The notes under the pieces were generated by a model. It was not told where the DNA came from. It saw only the letters and a list, made by a program, of their open reading frames with translations, and ran no database searches. Positions 1 to 14,082 of a DNA stretch of 64,000 nt are shown piece after piece; the first letter of the stretch is position 1; every line of letters begins with the position of its first letter. Source of the DNA: Phoronis australis (lineage: Eukaryota; Animalia; Phoronida); the NCBI GenBank assembly GCA_002633005.1, contig NMRA01000082.1, positions 534,576-598,575 on the forward strand. Direction: 5' to 3'. Both the position numbers and the translations under genes were made by a program.

Positions 1-119
1 TTTCTCATCCGGTATGAGTTTAGAAATTCTTTCGAAGTTTGAAAAAAATTCGGATTTGATACAGTTTTATGCAGTTTTTTGCCTGTGAGTAGTTGATCCT
101 AGTTATCTTCAAAATGTTG

Positions 120-1121
120 CAGTGGCGGATCTAGGATATCACAAGGGGGGGGGCAACATTTTGTCCGGCTGGAAGCATTTGCACAAACTGAACCACGATT
201 GTAGATGCGCATAGCACCGAATGGGGGGAGGTTGGGAGGGGGGTTTGCCCCCCTCCCGCCCAGGAAATTTTTCTGTTTTTACCGCTAAAAATCATGCATT
301 TTCCTTGATTCCTGAAGTATTATCCAAGAAAAAAAGGCAAAAAAACACGGAGAACGTGTCAAACAGGAAAAAATGCAAGTACCAAAGACTCGAACTCACG
401 ATCTGGCGGATAGAGCGCGCGCACGTTACCACTACACCACCACGATTTAACGACTAGTCTCGTACTAAAAGACTTACTTGTTTATGGGCCACAGCGTTTG
501 CGCGCGAAACCTACTTCTTTTTGTAATGCTTATTACACGTTTTATATTTTGTGCCATCAATTCGTAACAAATTTGTCGTATTTGAAATAGTCTTCAAATG
601 CCCAAAAGACCAAATCCATTTTTCGTGTTGGCAATAATGACGGGATTGCTTTGGAAATCATCTTAAGATAAGGTTTGACAAAGAGAGTATTGCGAGTTTC
701 TGAGTGATTCACTAAGGCTTCGTTTAAAATTCACATCTTACCAGCAGCTTCTGTTTTTTCATCGTCACTCAGGTTCCATTTTCTTTAAAAAATGAAGTAA
801 ATTTTCTTCATTGCACAGTGGAGCAGACGACGGAAACGGAGTCGTAGTGCACAGCGCTACTGCCGGTCGCCTAGGATATCGCGGGAGATTCTATACTTAG
901 CCACAGTTCCGTTACGAACGCGCGGTGTTCCGAATTTGACACTTTGAAATTGGATATGAGCCCCCCAACACTAAAACTGCACACATTTAAATCTTTTTTC
1001 ATCCGCATAACTTTAGTTACCGGTGTTAATTAATAAACTCACCATTTCCCTACGCTCTTACTGTTTTATTTTTTGCGGCAGCCAAGGGGGGGGGGGCAGG
1101 CCCCCCCTAAATCCACCTATG
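120..1121. mobile_element. Non-autonomous TIR element (CAGTGGCGGATCT...ATCCACCTATG) with 5-bp TSD, hAT5-like
   Basis: Imperfect inverted termini with G/C runs. TGTTG occurs at both 115-119 and 1122-1126. No credible ORF inside. Confidence 0.65.
380..441 (-). other. tRNA-like Pol III promoter remnant inside the MITE
   Basis: The minus strand reads GGTGGTGTAGTGGTAACG...GATCGTGAGTTCGAGTC, giving an A box (TGGTGTAGTGG) and a B box (GAGTTCGAGTC). No complete cloverleaf is evident. Confidence 0.45.
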
Positions 1122-2842
1122 TGTTGTTTCGTTTTTTGTGATCCACAGAACGTTGTCCTTCGTATTAATTCAATACTGTTACATTGGAGTGGATTCCGGA
1201 CACAAATGTGTATTGGCAAACATTTGAAGATTAATAAAAAAGCACTTTGGCAGCCCACTTAATCCAAGCACGTCGGCTGGCTTGCGTTCAACTCACTGAC
1301 TTTTGTTATGGTTATGTGTACATGTAGGCCTACAAGTTAACAGAGAGCTGTGACCCCAATGACCCAGCTAGCACTGTCATACTGTAGACTGTGAAATTCC
1401 AGAAATTCCAAATACTGTAGTGTTATTGTAAACTTGACAAGTATTGCTCTGCGCAGACTACATACTGACTTCAATCGGACTCACGGTGACTGGCGCCCAA
1501 GCTTCCTGACCTTTAACCTTACTATGCGTTGTTATGATTGGTTAGGGTCATAGCGCTAAGTGTCACCTAGCGGATCAAGAATGTTACAAATTTCTAGCGT
1601 TGAGGGGGGCCCAACATGTTGCCTCGCGGAGAATTGTGCAAAGCGCGATTGTATGCACAGGTGGCCCGAATGTTGCGGGGCCTGGCGGTGCACTCGATAT
1701 TTCTTCACGATGTTGCTGTTTAATTTTGCTTGCAGCTGCTCCCCCCTAAATCTGCGTATGTAGGCCTACATGCCAATTTAAACGGTGTGTTATTCATACT
1801 GTAAGGATACAGGACAGTATCATGAACAAAAGTCATCGACAGTAGAAAGATGCACTCCGAAAAGGCGCATGCACAATTTCTGGGATTCACATTTCCTGAA
1901 CAAATTTCAAGCAACAATTTGTCTGTGCAACAAACCACATAAACACTTGCTCCACCAGCCATGCCAGTTTGTTTGCGTGAAGCGCTGCCTGTTGAGAATT
2001 AGGCCAGCCAATCAGAAACGCCGGTGTAAAAAAAGCTCCCGAGGAAAATTTAGTGATACCGCTAGCGGCACGCAGGGAACCAGCAAGTGTCGTTTTGTGT
2101 GTTGAAGTGTGAAGGAAATCTTGTGTTAAATTCGTGAGATATAAGGTAATTTTATCTAGAATTGTGTGATGTTTAACCAGGGACTCTTTTCAAATAGTTT
2201 TCAGGTTTTTATTCTGTTTCATAGTGTTATTGGACTGTTACAGACTTAATTTTCTCGACACGTACATGCATAGCTTATCAGTAATGATTTAGGTCACGTA
2301 CATAACATCAGTGAGGATAAAGTCCAACTCGAGCCGGCTGTTGAGTGTGTGTTCCGGTATTGAAATCGCCGACAACAGGCCAAAAAACGAGGTGAAAATT
2401 ACGTGGAGACATAACAACATATTTTAACCTGATCTCTTCGTGTAAAGCAATATTCAAATTCGCCAAAAGTTTTCTATTAGCAGCCAAATTTTCAAGATAA
2501 CTCGCCTTGGACTCCTGCAACTCGTAATCGTCGGCATTTTGAATTTAGACTCGGTCAACCTCATACAAAGATTGAAGATTTAATTGCAACAAGACATTGT
2601 TAGTATCTGTACTATATTAAAACTAAGAAACGAAACCTCGATTGCATGAAAACATACCAAATGATGAAGTTTTGTACACAATTTATTGTTTTAAATGCAA
2701 TCGTAAAATATATTCCAATACGAACCGCCAGTATTGGAATTCCAATACGGGAACGGCCCGTATCGGAATATTCCGATTTGGGCCGAATTACAATACGGGC
2801 AGAAACATCTGCTCGTACATTGGCTTGTTTATTACTACTGCC

Positions 2843-2991
2843 TCCCGTTCAGTAACGCTAGGACCTCGCTAAAATGCAAGATTTCGCGAGATTATATGAG
2901 ATATTGCCGTGTATTTTAAATGAAAACACGTGACCTTGACTAGATTTTAGCTAGGTCCTAGCGTAGGTCCTAGCGTCTACTGAACGCAGGC
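2843..2991. mobile_element. Short MITE with ~25-bp imperfect TIRs
   Basis: CGTTCAGTAACGCTAGGACCT is inverted against AGGTCCTAGCGTCTACTGAACG. The internal sequence resembles ~41030-41100. Confidence 0.5.
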
Positions 2992-3056
2992 CTGGTTCCC
3001 AGTTTACTATAAGAAGGTGACGACTCATAACTTGACGAAAGCTGAGATTACACAAA

Positions 3057-4230
3057 TAGTCCAGTCATTCTAGGGCTCCAGAGGGCCCAACCTAGAAAAA
3101 ATTGCAACAGAAGGTTTTTTTTTGCATAAATGGCATCTTCAAACATCCCTTAGTGTCAGAAAAAAAATCTACCGAAATCGGAGTGGCGGAAGTCGGTTTT
3201 TCAAGATGGCGGAAAAAATGGCCGACAAAACCGGTGTTTACTGTTTCTGGCATATTACTCTTATGTAACAGCTAAAAATAAAACAATAAAGTTTGTCATT
3301 GATTATATACTTTTCATAACAGGCATACCAATCAAAAGATGCCAATTTTCCGTAAAATAAAACCAATATGGCCGACAAAATGGCGGNGGGGGCATATGTT
3401 GGTAGACTCAGCACTGAATGCTATCATAAAAGCCAGAACATTCAACATCCCACTTCCAAATATTGACAGATCAAGTAACACCAATCCAAAACCAATGAAG
3501 AAAGAAATTCAGGTTCTTCAGAAATTCCAGGAGTCCGGAATGTCACCAACACAGAATACACAGATTACATACCAAGAGCAGTTCAATGCTTGTATACAAA
3601 TTTTGGCTGTCAGAAGATGGAGACAGATTCTTCAGACATCTCAGACATCCCAACTGATCACATAACTAGATGTATACTCTGGGGCATGCCATGCCCAGCC
3701 AGTGTCTTCCGATTCTGAACCTTGGATTACAATGGAATGCCCTCACGAGAATTCACTTCTGGTTTCCGACCTACTGCCACTGGTATATTCAAACACGACT
3801 GAATCAGAGTATAGGTGTTCAGAATTCACAGTGACAGAGAATAGTTCGTCAGAAGAATCAATGTCCAATGATATTCTTCATGATGATTTGAGAGCTGGTC
3901 TGAAGCAGTATGATGATCTTATTGCTGGCATGACGTCTGTGTGCGACGATATATGCTTGACGGAGTGTCTTGTGGGTGCCCATAAAAAATCAAAGCACAT
4001 AAATCAGACTTGTCCAAGCAAAGTCGAATCATTAGTCTTTGACTACAATATATGAAGATGATTGACATCCTTCGACTTTTTTAAAAGCAGAAATCACGTC
4101 TGATTGGGAGATTCACCTAAAAGCAGTTTCTGAAATGCTGCCTTACCTTGCAGCTGCTGGTCACAACTCTTATGCAAAATCTTCATACATATACTTGACT
4201 GAAGCAGACGTAGCAACTCAAAGACACCCG
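3057..4230 (+). mobile_element. Truncated Academ transposon remnant (one terminus plus transposase fragment)
   Basis: Begins TAGTCCAGTCATTCTAGGGCTCC, which resembles the terminus at 7162. 4050-4200 translates, with one frameshift, to LQYMKMIDILRLF/LKAEITSDWEIHLKAVSEMLPYLAAAGHNSYAKSSYIYL. This is homologous to FIRATREGIWGLHLAVLHAMLLWYFAYDRINYARYLPVYL of the large element. Confidence 0.65.
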
Positions 4231-6823
4231 TCCAGACGTCTACGGCCAACAATCCATAATCGAGTAAAGTTTAAATAAACGCCAGTGCTGTAGTGGGGNG
4301 GGGGGGGGGTAGGCGCACGTAGGCGCAACCAACGACCGTGGACCTTTTGGCATTTGAACGTAGCGCCTACGCATCGAAAGTTACGCTCAGTGCTCAAGGT
4401 GATACGGTGGGCTTTGGACGCCTACTTACCTCTAATTTTACCATTACAATAGTGATAAACGCGCCACTCACGATTCTCACCCGAAGAACACACCGCCATT
4501 TTGAACTTACCGCGAACCCGGAAGTGCAATTCATTCAGGAGCACAGGCTAAGAAAACGCCGTCATTGCGACTGGAGCAGTGCCTGTTACCTGCCTGGAAA
4601 CGGGGGTAAAATAATCGACATTGCGCCTTAATTTAAAAAAAAATACAGACAATTTTATCGAATTTCGGCTGAAGAAATGTGGCGTATAAATTTTGACAGA
4701 AATTATTTTGCCAGACTCGGGAACGCAGCCTTTCGGACCCGGTGCGGATCGAGACCAGACACTGGCGAACGGTAAAGGCAGGCGGTTGCAAGCTGTTTTG
4801 TAGAAGTAAAATGTTCAAATCATGAATGCCGTATATATTCAAAGTAGTTTCAGACGCTTGCATAAAATTACGGGCTGGTTAGTCCTGTGTCACACTGTCG
4901 CGGCAGCCCTTAGCTAGCCTCACATGTAGGCCTATACAGCTTTGCGCCAAGGTTACCCTTAGGTCCACCTTGCCACAGCACTCGCACAAACGAGGTTTGT
5001 GTGGAACTTGGTGTCTTCTGGCGAACTGTGTAAAGTTAATTGTTGGCTTTCAACAGAGATTTGTCTCGACTTTGCATGAGCGCACCAAGCCTAAGAAATG
5101 GGGGGGGGGGCTGGAATTTTTGGGAATGTCTACCTTTTACTATTAGATTCACTGGGTATGTTCAGAGGTATGAATTGCAGACGGTAAATTTGGCACTTCC
5201 TATCTTCTAGCGGACTTTTGTTTCGTTTTCTACTTTTTCAGAGTTCATGCTTCTCTGACTGAGGCAAACCTTTTTCCATTTCTCCAAATATGGGGCTCGT
5301 TCGAGCACATAAGTAAGTCGAATACAAAATGTTATCATTTTTTATTCATTAAGCCAAAATGATTCAACCTTTTACCATAATAAGTAACTTAAAATGCACT
5401 GTGTACTTTACAACATTTAAGCATTACAAACAGTATCCAACAGCACAAGTTTCCATGATATGAAAGTGGACATACATGCAACTTTTACCATGGTGTCCGA
5501 ATAGTGTTTCCTTACACCAGTATTTGACAAGCATGACAAAAGTTAAAAATTTGAAGTTGCAAGGAACACGAATTGGAGGCTTGAAGCTTCACAAACCAAC
5601 ATAGCTTATTTCTCTTATTAAAATTTTTCATATTGTTCCTGTATTAAGAAAGCAATAAGATACAAAACATGACTTGAAAGCAATTTACACTTAAAATTTA
5701 GAAAAATATGAATCATTCTGTGACACCTAACTAAGCCTTGAACAGCAGTTGATAGTAAAACAAAAAAACACTTCAAAATTATTTCAGTTATGTTTTTAGC
5801 TTTGAGTAAGATCACCTGAAGGGGAAATTCACAGTAAAATAATTCGAATATACCTTATATTTTTGTACAAAAACGCAAAAATTGAACAAAGTTCTTTTTC
5901 GTAGCAACGTTTGTCAAAATGTATCAACGTTAAATCTTCACAAATTACAATGTAACATGTTGAACTTGCCTTTCACATCAGCAATGAGACTAAGTCCAAC
6001 GGGAGTTGTGAGCACATTTAGCACTTAAGAAGTGACAACTGCGAGGCTGAAATTTGGTGAAAACTGTTGAATCATGCAGAATAGTAAGTAAGTATGTGTC
6101 TCACAAAATTTCACCGTAAATTGTTGGCGAAAACAATTTACACAAAGTTTTAAACTCGTAACTTATCCCGCTGTCCTCCAATATGGCCGACGCGATCCAA
6201 ACAAAGTGACCCAAATTTCGCCACAAAAATTGCAATAACTTTCCACTGCTTGCCCCGATTTTGATACTTTTTCGATTTTTACTGAGTAGATTGCACTACC
6301 TTTCCTATGATAGCAAAGTACTTTTTCAAAACCAAAAGAAATTCAAAAAGAAAAAAAATGTTCGACTCATTGGTTCCTAGGTTCGACCGCCCAACATAAC
6401 ATGAACTAAACACCAATGCTATTTTAACATAATAAACAAAAGTACGCGTAACATTCCAAAATATTCAACGACCACTAACTACAACCTATAAATACACTAC
6501 ACATTCAAACAAATAATGAGATATTACTAATAAAACAAAATAATAAAGACCTTGCGAGCAAGCGATAGCACATTCAAGGAAAAAATGGCTGCGTTCAGGA
6601 CAAGTTCCTGAACTGACGAGCCGGAAATGTGGGTACGGAAATAACCGATGACAGCCGGTACTACGCTCACAGATAATGGTAAAATACTGTTAAAAATCGC
6701 TTTTGGCTTGAAAGGCGAAGAGAATATAACGAAAGGGTATCGAAAAAAAGATTTTATTTAGTAAGTATCTTCGGATACTTCAACCACATTGGCATTTTGA
6801 GGCAAAGACTTTAAGAGCGTGAG

Positions 6824-7115
6824 CTATACATAGGAGTAATATAGTGGGAGAGTTGTGGGTTGTGCTATACATGGTGATTGATGCCATTGGGAGACCGTGA
6901 CCTATGCATGGGAGTATTATAGTGGGAGGGTTGTGGGTTGTGCTATACATGGTGATTGATGCCATTGGGAGACCGTGACCTATGCATGGGAGTATTATAG
7001 TGGGAGGGTTGTGGGTTGTGCTATACATGGTGATTGATGCCATTGGAAGACCGTGACCTATGCATGGGAGTATTTTAGTGGGAGGGTTGTGGGTTGTGGT
7101 ATGAACAGTGATTGA
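6824..7115. repeat. Tandem minisatellite, 78-bp unit, ~3.7 copies
   Basis: The unit GTATTATAGTGGGAGGGTTGTGGGTTGTGCTATACATGGTGATTGATGCCATTGGGAGACCGTGACCTATGCATGGGA is repeated. It explains the 26-aa periodicity of ORF 6780-7043. Confidence 0.95.
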
Positions 7116-7161
7116 CGCTATCGAAACAGGTCCCTGACTCCGCTAACATATTCGACAAATT

Positions 7162-10100
7162 TAGTCGGTGGGTCAGAATTTGTAGGGCTTCTAGAAAATG
7201 GTTTTTATGAGTACTTTTGGGGGCAATTTTATTTTGGTGTTTTTTAATTCATTTGCTCGAGTGTTTTCAAAATCTAAAAAGTTCCCACATATAAAGTTGC
7301 ACATTTTTGAGAGATTTGAGTTTGAAGTTACATAATAATGACCAAAGAGCTTAGTAAACTTATATTTGTAAAAAACAGAGTTTTGGGATCTTTTTTGTAA
7401 AACAAGTAATATGGTCCCATCAGTGTCATTGCATTGAACAATAATACACTCAAATTACATCTTTCACTATTGTAGACTAATTGTAAAGAGTGAAATTTAA
7501 AAAATGCAAAGTGACACCTAGTGGCAGAAATGTGAACTAAGTCTGAATGTTACTAGAAGATTATTCTGGCATTGTCTGACAACACAAATACCACAGAACA
7601 CTTGAGACTGCACAAAATTTGTGCCTCAATGTCTGAACCATTGACTTATGGTGTAAAATGTTATTTGTTTGCATAATATACCAGGAATATCTTATACAGA
7701 AACAATGTAGTCGAATGATCTCTGTGAATGTGCACACAGACTGTACAGTATGACAATGATCAAGTAGGTATTTGCTTAGTAAAAGAACTAAGCTAATAGC
7801 TCACACTTTTTAAGCAATAAACTATAACGCAGTTGGAGAACCCAGTAGTCTATGTACAGTAGTTGTCTTATAATATGTCATCTTCATTATCATCATCACA
7901 GTCCAAAGTAGTGCAGTCAGTGTTACCAATGTTATTGCAGTTGTCACAACTGCACAATTCTGTGCAGTTTAGGCCAGCATTGCGGCATGAACACAGTCTC
8001 CCCACGCACATGTTTTTTTTCTGCACTTACAGCGTACATCATTTAGAACTGTCGACGGAGCTGTGGGCATTGCCATCCATTTAAACTGCAAGGCTCCACC
8101 GTCAAGCTGCCAACCATGGCCGACTCAAGAGGGTGCATGCATGTATGGATGCAGAGTGCGTCTGTACACTGTACACTGGTAATTGGCCCTCATGCGATGG
8201 AAAGTCAAGCAGTCCTTGTTTGGAAGCAGGCTCGATTCTGCCGCATGCTTCATTCGAAATATGTTGTAGCGGGCGGTGTTAACTGATTGTCAGTTACACC
8301 ATACAATTGGCAAATGAATGGTTCAACACATTCCACAACATTTTCACCCATCTCAAATGACTGCCCAATCTCTTCAAATACTTTTATGTACTGGGGACAG
8401 CCCGGCATAATTTTCAAAGGCTTCACCTTTCCCTTGCCCCTGAAGGCACTGACAGTGTCACAGCCGGTGAACACATGCATTCCAAGCAGGGCTTTTCATT
8501 TGCTCTGGCCAAGGTGACGTGCGATTTCACTGAGGTTGACTGTCCGTGCATTTGGACCCACTCCAGTGGATATCAGTAGGTGGCATCCGATGTCAGCAGC
8601 ATAGGCAACGCCGAGTACCATGACGTCGGTATCTGGGCTTCTGAGAACAACTTTGCTATGTGTCTGCGATTCATGTTTTGCATGCAACATCACCCTTGTG
8701 TCAGCCTCCTCGTGGTCACATTGAAGTTCCTGCACTTCGTCCAGTTTGTTGGTGTCATGATGACTGTGGATTACGTGGCACTCACTTCCATGGGATACAA
8801 ACAGCTTTACATTGGCAATGCAAGTAGCCGACTGCCACTGCTCAAACAAAAACTCGAGAAGAATTTCCTTGTTATTTCCATTTGATAAGAACTTCTTGTA
8901 TTGCTTCGGCATTTTCTGGTCTGGGCGAGTAATGCGCATTGTATACGCACCTGCTACACATCTCCTATTACGTTCACAGTTTTTAATGCTGACATCTTGG
9001 TACCTATCTACCACAAAGTCTACCCGTTTACTGTTGTGCAGTGAAGCGACAGACATCAACCGCTGTAGACATTCGTGAGCAAAAGAACCAAAAGTATCAG
9101 CAGATACTTGCATGCTGTGCAGAAATGCCATTGCATCAACGATCAATGCACTCTCAACTGTAGGTACCTCATCACAGCCACTGCTCAGTTCCTCAATAGC
9201 GTGCATCAGTTTGGCTTTGTCGGTTTTAACATTGTAGCCCTCGTAAGTAGCAATAGACCTAGGTACTGCACTCAGACTGTAAGACAGAAGTTCCTTGACA
9301 TCTACATCCCGGGTCTTTCCCACTATCAATAACCGCCCAAACAACTCGGAGCTTGTTTTCACAGACATAGTCTCAGAGTTTTGCTTTGTTACTGTTTTAC
9401 GCGTGTGGTTTGCTGCAACAGTTTTCAGCTTCATTTGTTTAATTGGCTTGTGAAAATCAACATCTCCACCATTTAACAGTCTCTCGTTACAAAAAGCTTC
9501 AGCGGCAGCAGATCCCAAATCATATGCATGTTCAAGGTCAAACCTTATACTCGGTGTACCACTTGACGAGACATCTTCTGCAACAATACCTGAGGACACA
9601 TTAATCCTATCATCTCCGTCATATGTAAAGGGGTCCACAAGTGACTGTATTACAGCTTGAATAGAATCAATCGAGGCTTCATCCTAGGTGATTGCTGAAG
9701 CATCAAGGTCTTTACAGACTTGAGCAGAGGACACTCGACCAGACATCTCTTTACATGCAACAGATATGGCACCCCTGTCATGGTGCGATAGAATCCATCT
9801 GTTGACAGCACCTTTAAAAATACATAAACACATGTGATTTGTGTTTGAAGTAAATTTCTCCCTTCACTGCAATTTCACAACAACTTACTTAGCCTTACAT
9901 ATTTTTATCACAATAATACACAAACTTATACTGATGCACGCAAATATTGTGGGTAAAGGAAAGTTATGGTTTTCAAAAAAGCATACTTTCAATCAGTTAT
10001 TTTTCATTTAAATCTCACAAATGTTTCCATAGTACTCCATTTAATTTCGACAGACAGCCAATTCCTTGTAGTTAATTTAAGAAAACTTTGAAATCATATT

Positions 10101-13100
10101 TAAACATTGTCACACTACTGGTATTAATTTTCACCTGTTTTGAGGCACTGGTATTTTTAATGCCTTTTAGCAATAATCAAATACCTTTGTTTAAAGTGAA
10201 CCCAGTCATTCCACCTTTGGTTTTCGAATCTCTGTTAATGGTCTGCTCAATTAGCTGGTCAAAAGCATTGGCACAGAATCCATAGTTTGTGTGTTGTTGG
10301 ACGCTGAATCCCTTGTAGACAAGTTCACTGTTGATTTCGGGATGGGTCGCTGGCAGAGAGGACATCTCAGCTAGGTATACAGGCAGGTATCTTGCATAGT
10401 TAATTCGATCATAGGCAAAGTACCAAAGCAGCATTGCATGCAGTACTGCTAAATGTAGTCCCCAAATACCCTCTCGTGTGGCTCGTATGAACTGCAGCAA
10501 CAATCCCACCATGTCCAGATACGATGACCAAAAGTCAAATGTGGGACTGTTCTTTCGTTTATGCAACACATACTCTGAATAGTGACTTAGGACAGTCAAT
10601 ACACAATCTTCCTCCAGCAAACCAAGGAATGCTGGTGATGCACCCACAGAGTTAAGCTGGCCTACGACTGCGAGTACCTCTTCTCCTCCCTCCTCAGTCA
10701 GAAAACTGGCAAAAGACTTCCATCTGAGCCGCTGTAAAGCCTAAAAGAAAAAAAATAATAAGTTACCGCATTCTGTTAAAACGTCCTTTTGTTTAGAAGT
10801 AATTGATTTATGCCACATATTCAATGTATACAAGCAATCTAAGAGCAAGTTATCGCTGTTCAACAAAATGTTAAAACGCTTAGCTAACTGCACCTGTGAT
10901 AAAATCTATGTGCCAAATCACAAAATTTAATTTAATTAGTTGAGGCTTTCTTAATTAATGGAAATCTACAAACCTCAAACAAGAGCTTGTGTGCCAACAT
11001 GCATCCGTTATAGTTGTGGCCAGACATCACCCCATTCATGGATCCAGGTGCAAGCACTTCAGCTTCAATCCAAATGTCTTCTAGTACAGAGTACTCAAAT
11101 CGTTTCGCGATGATAGCCAAAAATGACATGGCAGTGAGAAAGTCACCCAAGCGAATCACAAGTTTCTTTTGAAAGATTGGGTTTTGCCACCTGATGCGTT
11201 GAGCTTTAGCATATATGGCCTGGTCAAACACTACAACAAGGCTATCAAGCTTCAGCTCGTCGGCTATAGCAACACTTCTCAATAGAATGGTGTACACTGT
11301 AGACATATCAGTGGGATTAGCAACAATAACAGGCAAATAGCCAACTTTGGACACATTAGGTATGTCAACAGATTTAATTAGTCTGTTGAACCCAGTCCAG
11401 CCAGGTAGCTTTTCACCTACTACTTCAGGTTGCTTCGACAGGCAAAATGCAGTGACTGTCAAATTCTGGTGTGCAGTCACTGATGGAATAAAGGTAAGTG
11501 CATCACTACGGGGAGGACCACCTTTTTCTCTCCTCGAGTAGTCTTCAATCATCTTTGGGGGAAGGTCGCAAGTTTTTTTCTTCGACTTCTTTACAAAAAC
11601 TCCTTGTCTTTTGGATGGAGCTATTTCCTGGTGTTCCTGCTGTAGTTGTACAATTATCCCGGTGGTGTTATGGGTTGTGCCTGCACCACTCCGGGTTTCT
11701 TCTTGAAAATCGTTGTTGTCCCAAACTAATTTGGTGTGTATACCATCTAAGAAACCATGTTGGCACCATTGTATTTCTATGAAGCTGAGCCTCTGCTAAA
11801 GCAGTGTCAAACTGTAACACAGTCGAATGAGAAACGCAATGGCCCAGTCCATCTAGTCTACCAATGAGTGTAGAAGATCCAGTCAAATGTCAAACTGTCA
11901 TACCTAAAGCATAGTGTTTTGGCATCGGAGCTGAAGCCACAGACATAAGTACCCTGTCGACGTCTTGCCTAGTGCTAACAAACCCGTCTCCGGTCACTAG
12001 CACCGATGACCCATGCAAGAAAATTGTACAAGTGCGAAGGAATGTATTCCTTGACCGAGTCAGACTGAAACTCTTTGGCAGCAGGTGGCCGAACTGTAAC
12101 ACCTTCACAATCTTTTGCATAATTTCTTAAAATAAGTGCTGATCTTTACAACTCACGCCGGATGTCTTGAGATGAGTCCACAACTTTGAGGTCGTGCAGA
12201 CTTTCATCACCACTGCTGCTACCCTCGGATTCATAATAATCGGCAAGTGAATCATTAAACGCTAGCACCAGTTCACTTTCATACCTCTTACAAGGTCGTA
12301 CAAACTGCAGCTGTGGGTACAGTTTCAACAGACGTTTTTTAAGATTTCCTGTCCAAATACTTTCACGCACACCAGCTTTCTCAAGCATAGCTTCAAATTC
12401 TCGCTTAAGTTTGGTAAGGCGGATGACTTCCCCATGTTTCAGAAGCTTCATTTCAATAAAGTCCACACAAAACTGTTTGAAAACTTCACAGAAAAGTGGG
12501 GATTCTCCACTTGTCTGGTCTTTCACAATCTTTGTCAGGGGTCTCCTTAACTTTTTGTAGCAGGATCTATGATATTTAGCTTCCAAAGCCACAAGGTCTT
12601 TATCTTTAAACTTAATGTGCAGATTCATGTCCCCAGACTGCGCTGCTGCTTGTGATGCAAGTCCACCTGAAAGAACGTGAACTATTAACACTAATTTAAC
12701 ATTAAAAGTATTTGCATGCTCCTAACTATGTTAATGTATAGCAGGAACTAAAAGACAGTGCTATTTGAATATCGTCTACACTAATCGAAGTGCAGTTTTA
12801 TTCGTTGTCAACTTGTAGATGTGAAAACTAATAGGTGGCCTTTGCACTAATGACATACCTTGCGGCTCGCATAGCGTACATCATGCGTCACGATATTTAC
12901 TGGACACCGTTGAGTGATTTACAGTAGATCATATTTGACCCAAAACTCTTTCTTAAAAATATTTTGCAATTTTCAGCGTAATTCGTATTCACATCATCCC
13001 GATATGTGGTGTTTTGATCTAAATTTACCAAGTAACCACAGAGATAAGGAATTAGAATGTAAGTTCTACTTAAATATTGTGTTGATATGCAAATGTTTCA

Positions 13101-14082
13101 GATAGGCTGACTAAGCCTTGATCAACCACCAGCCTAACACGTTTGCATGCCGTCTGATCTGTCGCCTAAAAATGTTCATTTCAACAATTAAACCTTTCCA
13201 AAATGGGCACGAGTTTCCCAAATTAAAGAAGCGACCTTCATAATTAATTGCCAAATCCAGTTAGCATTTTGAACATGCAATGGTCAATACTTGTAATACA
13301 GGGAAATCTAAAACACAAACCTGGTTATAATAGTGAACACACTAGGAGAACACAAAAAATTAAATGTACTTTACAAAATTACATACTGTTATATACTCAA
13401 AGCGAGAAAGGTGCTCTTTCCTTCTCTTTCTAGAAATGCTGTCTACAACATATTTTCTTGTTGACAAATAAATACACTCAGGTGCCAGAATGTATGAACT
13501 TCTGGTGGTTGGTTTTTGTAGTTCCGACTTGGAAAGTCCCATGGATTTCCTTGGTTTTTCAGGGGTAACGTCTGTGACACTTTTATCTTCTTCATTTTTA
13601 GCACAAATGTTGGTTTCCGAAAACTTCGCTGTGCGTTTCTGTGCCCTTCTATAGCAAGACATATGATATTTCAAGGGAGTAAATCTCCTGTTTTCTTGCG
13701 TAAATTTCTGACACACTTCCTTTTCTTTGCCGTCTAAATTGGTCCATTGAGCTGCACATTCTTTGAACTTTCCCCAAGATGCTTTTGTAAACTTATTCAG
13801 CTTTTGATCTTCACAATTTATTGTCATTTCACAAACGTGAATAATACAGGCATCTCCCTCCATGGGAGCTGCCATATTGAAGTCATTCAGCACAACAACA
13901 CAATCTGGCTCTGTGATTGGTCAAATTGAACGAGAAGCGCTACCTGGTGGCAAAAATGTGTATAATATTTCTTGCAACAAAAACGCCTTTTTTAAGAAAA
14001 TGTGCAACTGTAGACATGGGAACTTTTTGGAATTTGATTTATAGGTATATTATCTAGCCACGTAGATCTAGCCCACCGACTA
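7162..14082 (-). mobile_element. Full-length, decayed Academ (AcademX) DNA transposon
   Basis: Left end TAGTCGGTGGG (7162) is the exact reverse complement of right end CCCACCGACTA (14082). ATT flanks both ends (7159-7161, 14083-14085). The internal gene has the transposase-XPG-Cys layout described for Academ. Confidence 0.88.
7868..13893 (-). pseudogene. Academ transposase / XPG(FEN1)-like nuclease / Cys-rich finger polyprotein; spliced, with several frameshifts and stops
   Basis: Motifs in order: ALEAKYHRSCY; WDNNDFQEETRSGAGTTH (~11670-11730); VVFDQAIYAKA...IRLGDF; YDRINYARY; DQLIEQTINRDSK; IVDAMAFL, FVVDRY, HEEADTRVMLH, SPDTDV, FTGCDTVSAFRGKGK (PIN/H3TH); C-terminal CRNAGLNCTELCSCDNC. GT-AG introns at 9812-10184, 10741-10973 and 12667-~13390. 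Confidence 0.85.

Noticed and set aside
6780-7043. 87-aa repetitive ORF
   Set aside because: It is a by-product of the 78-bp minisatellite.
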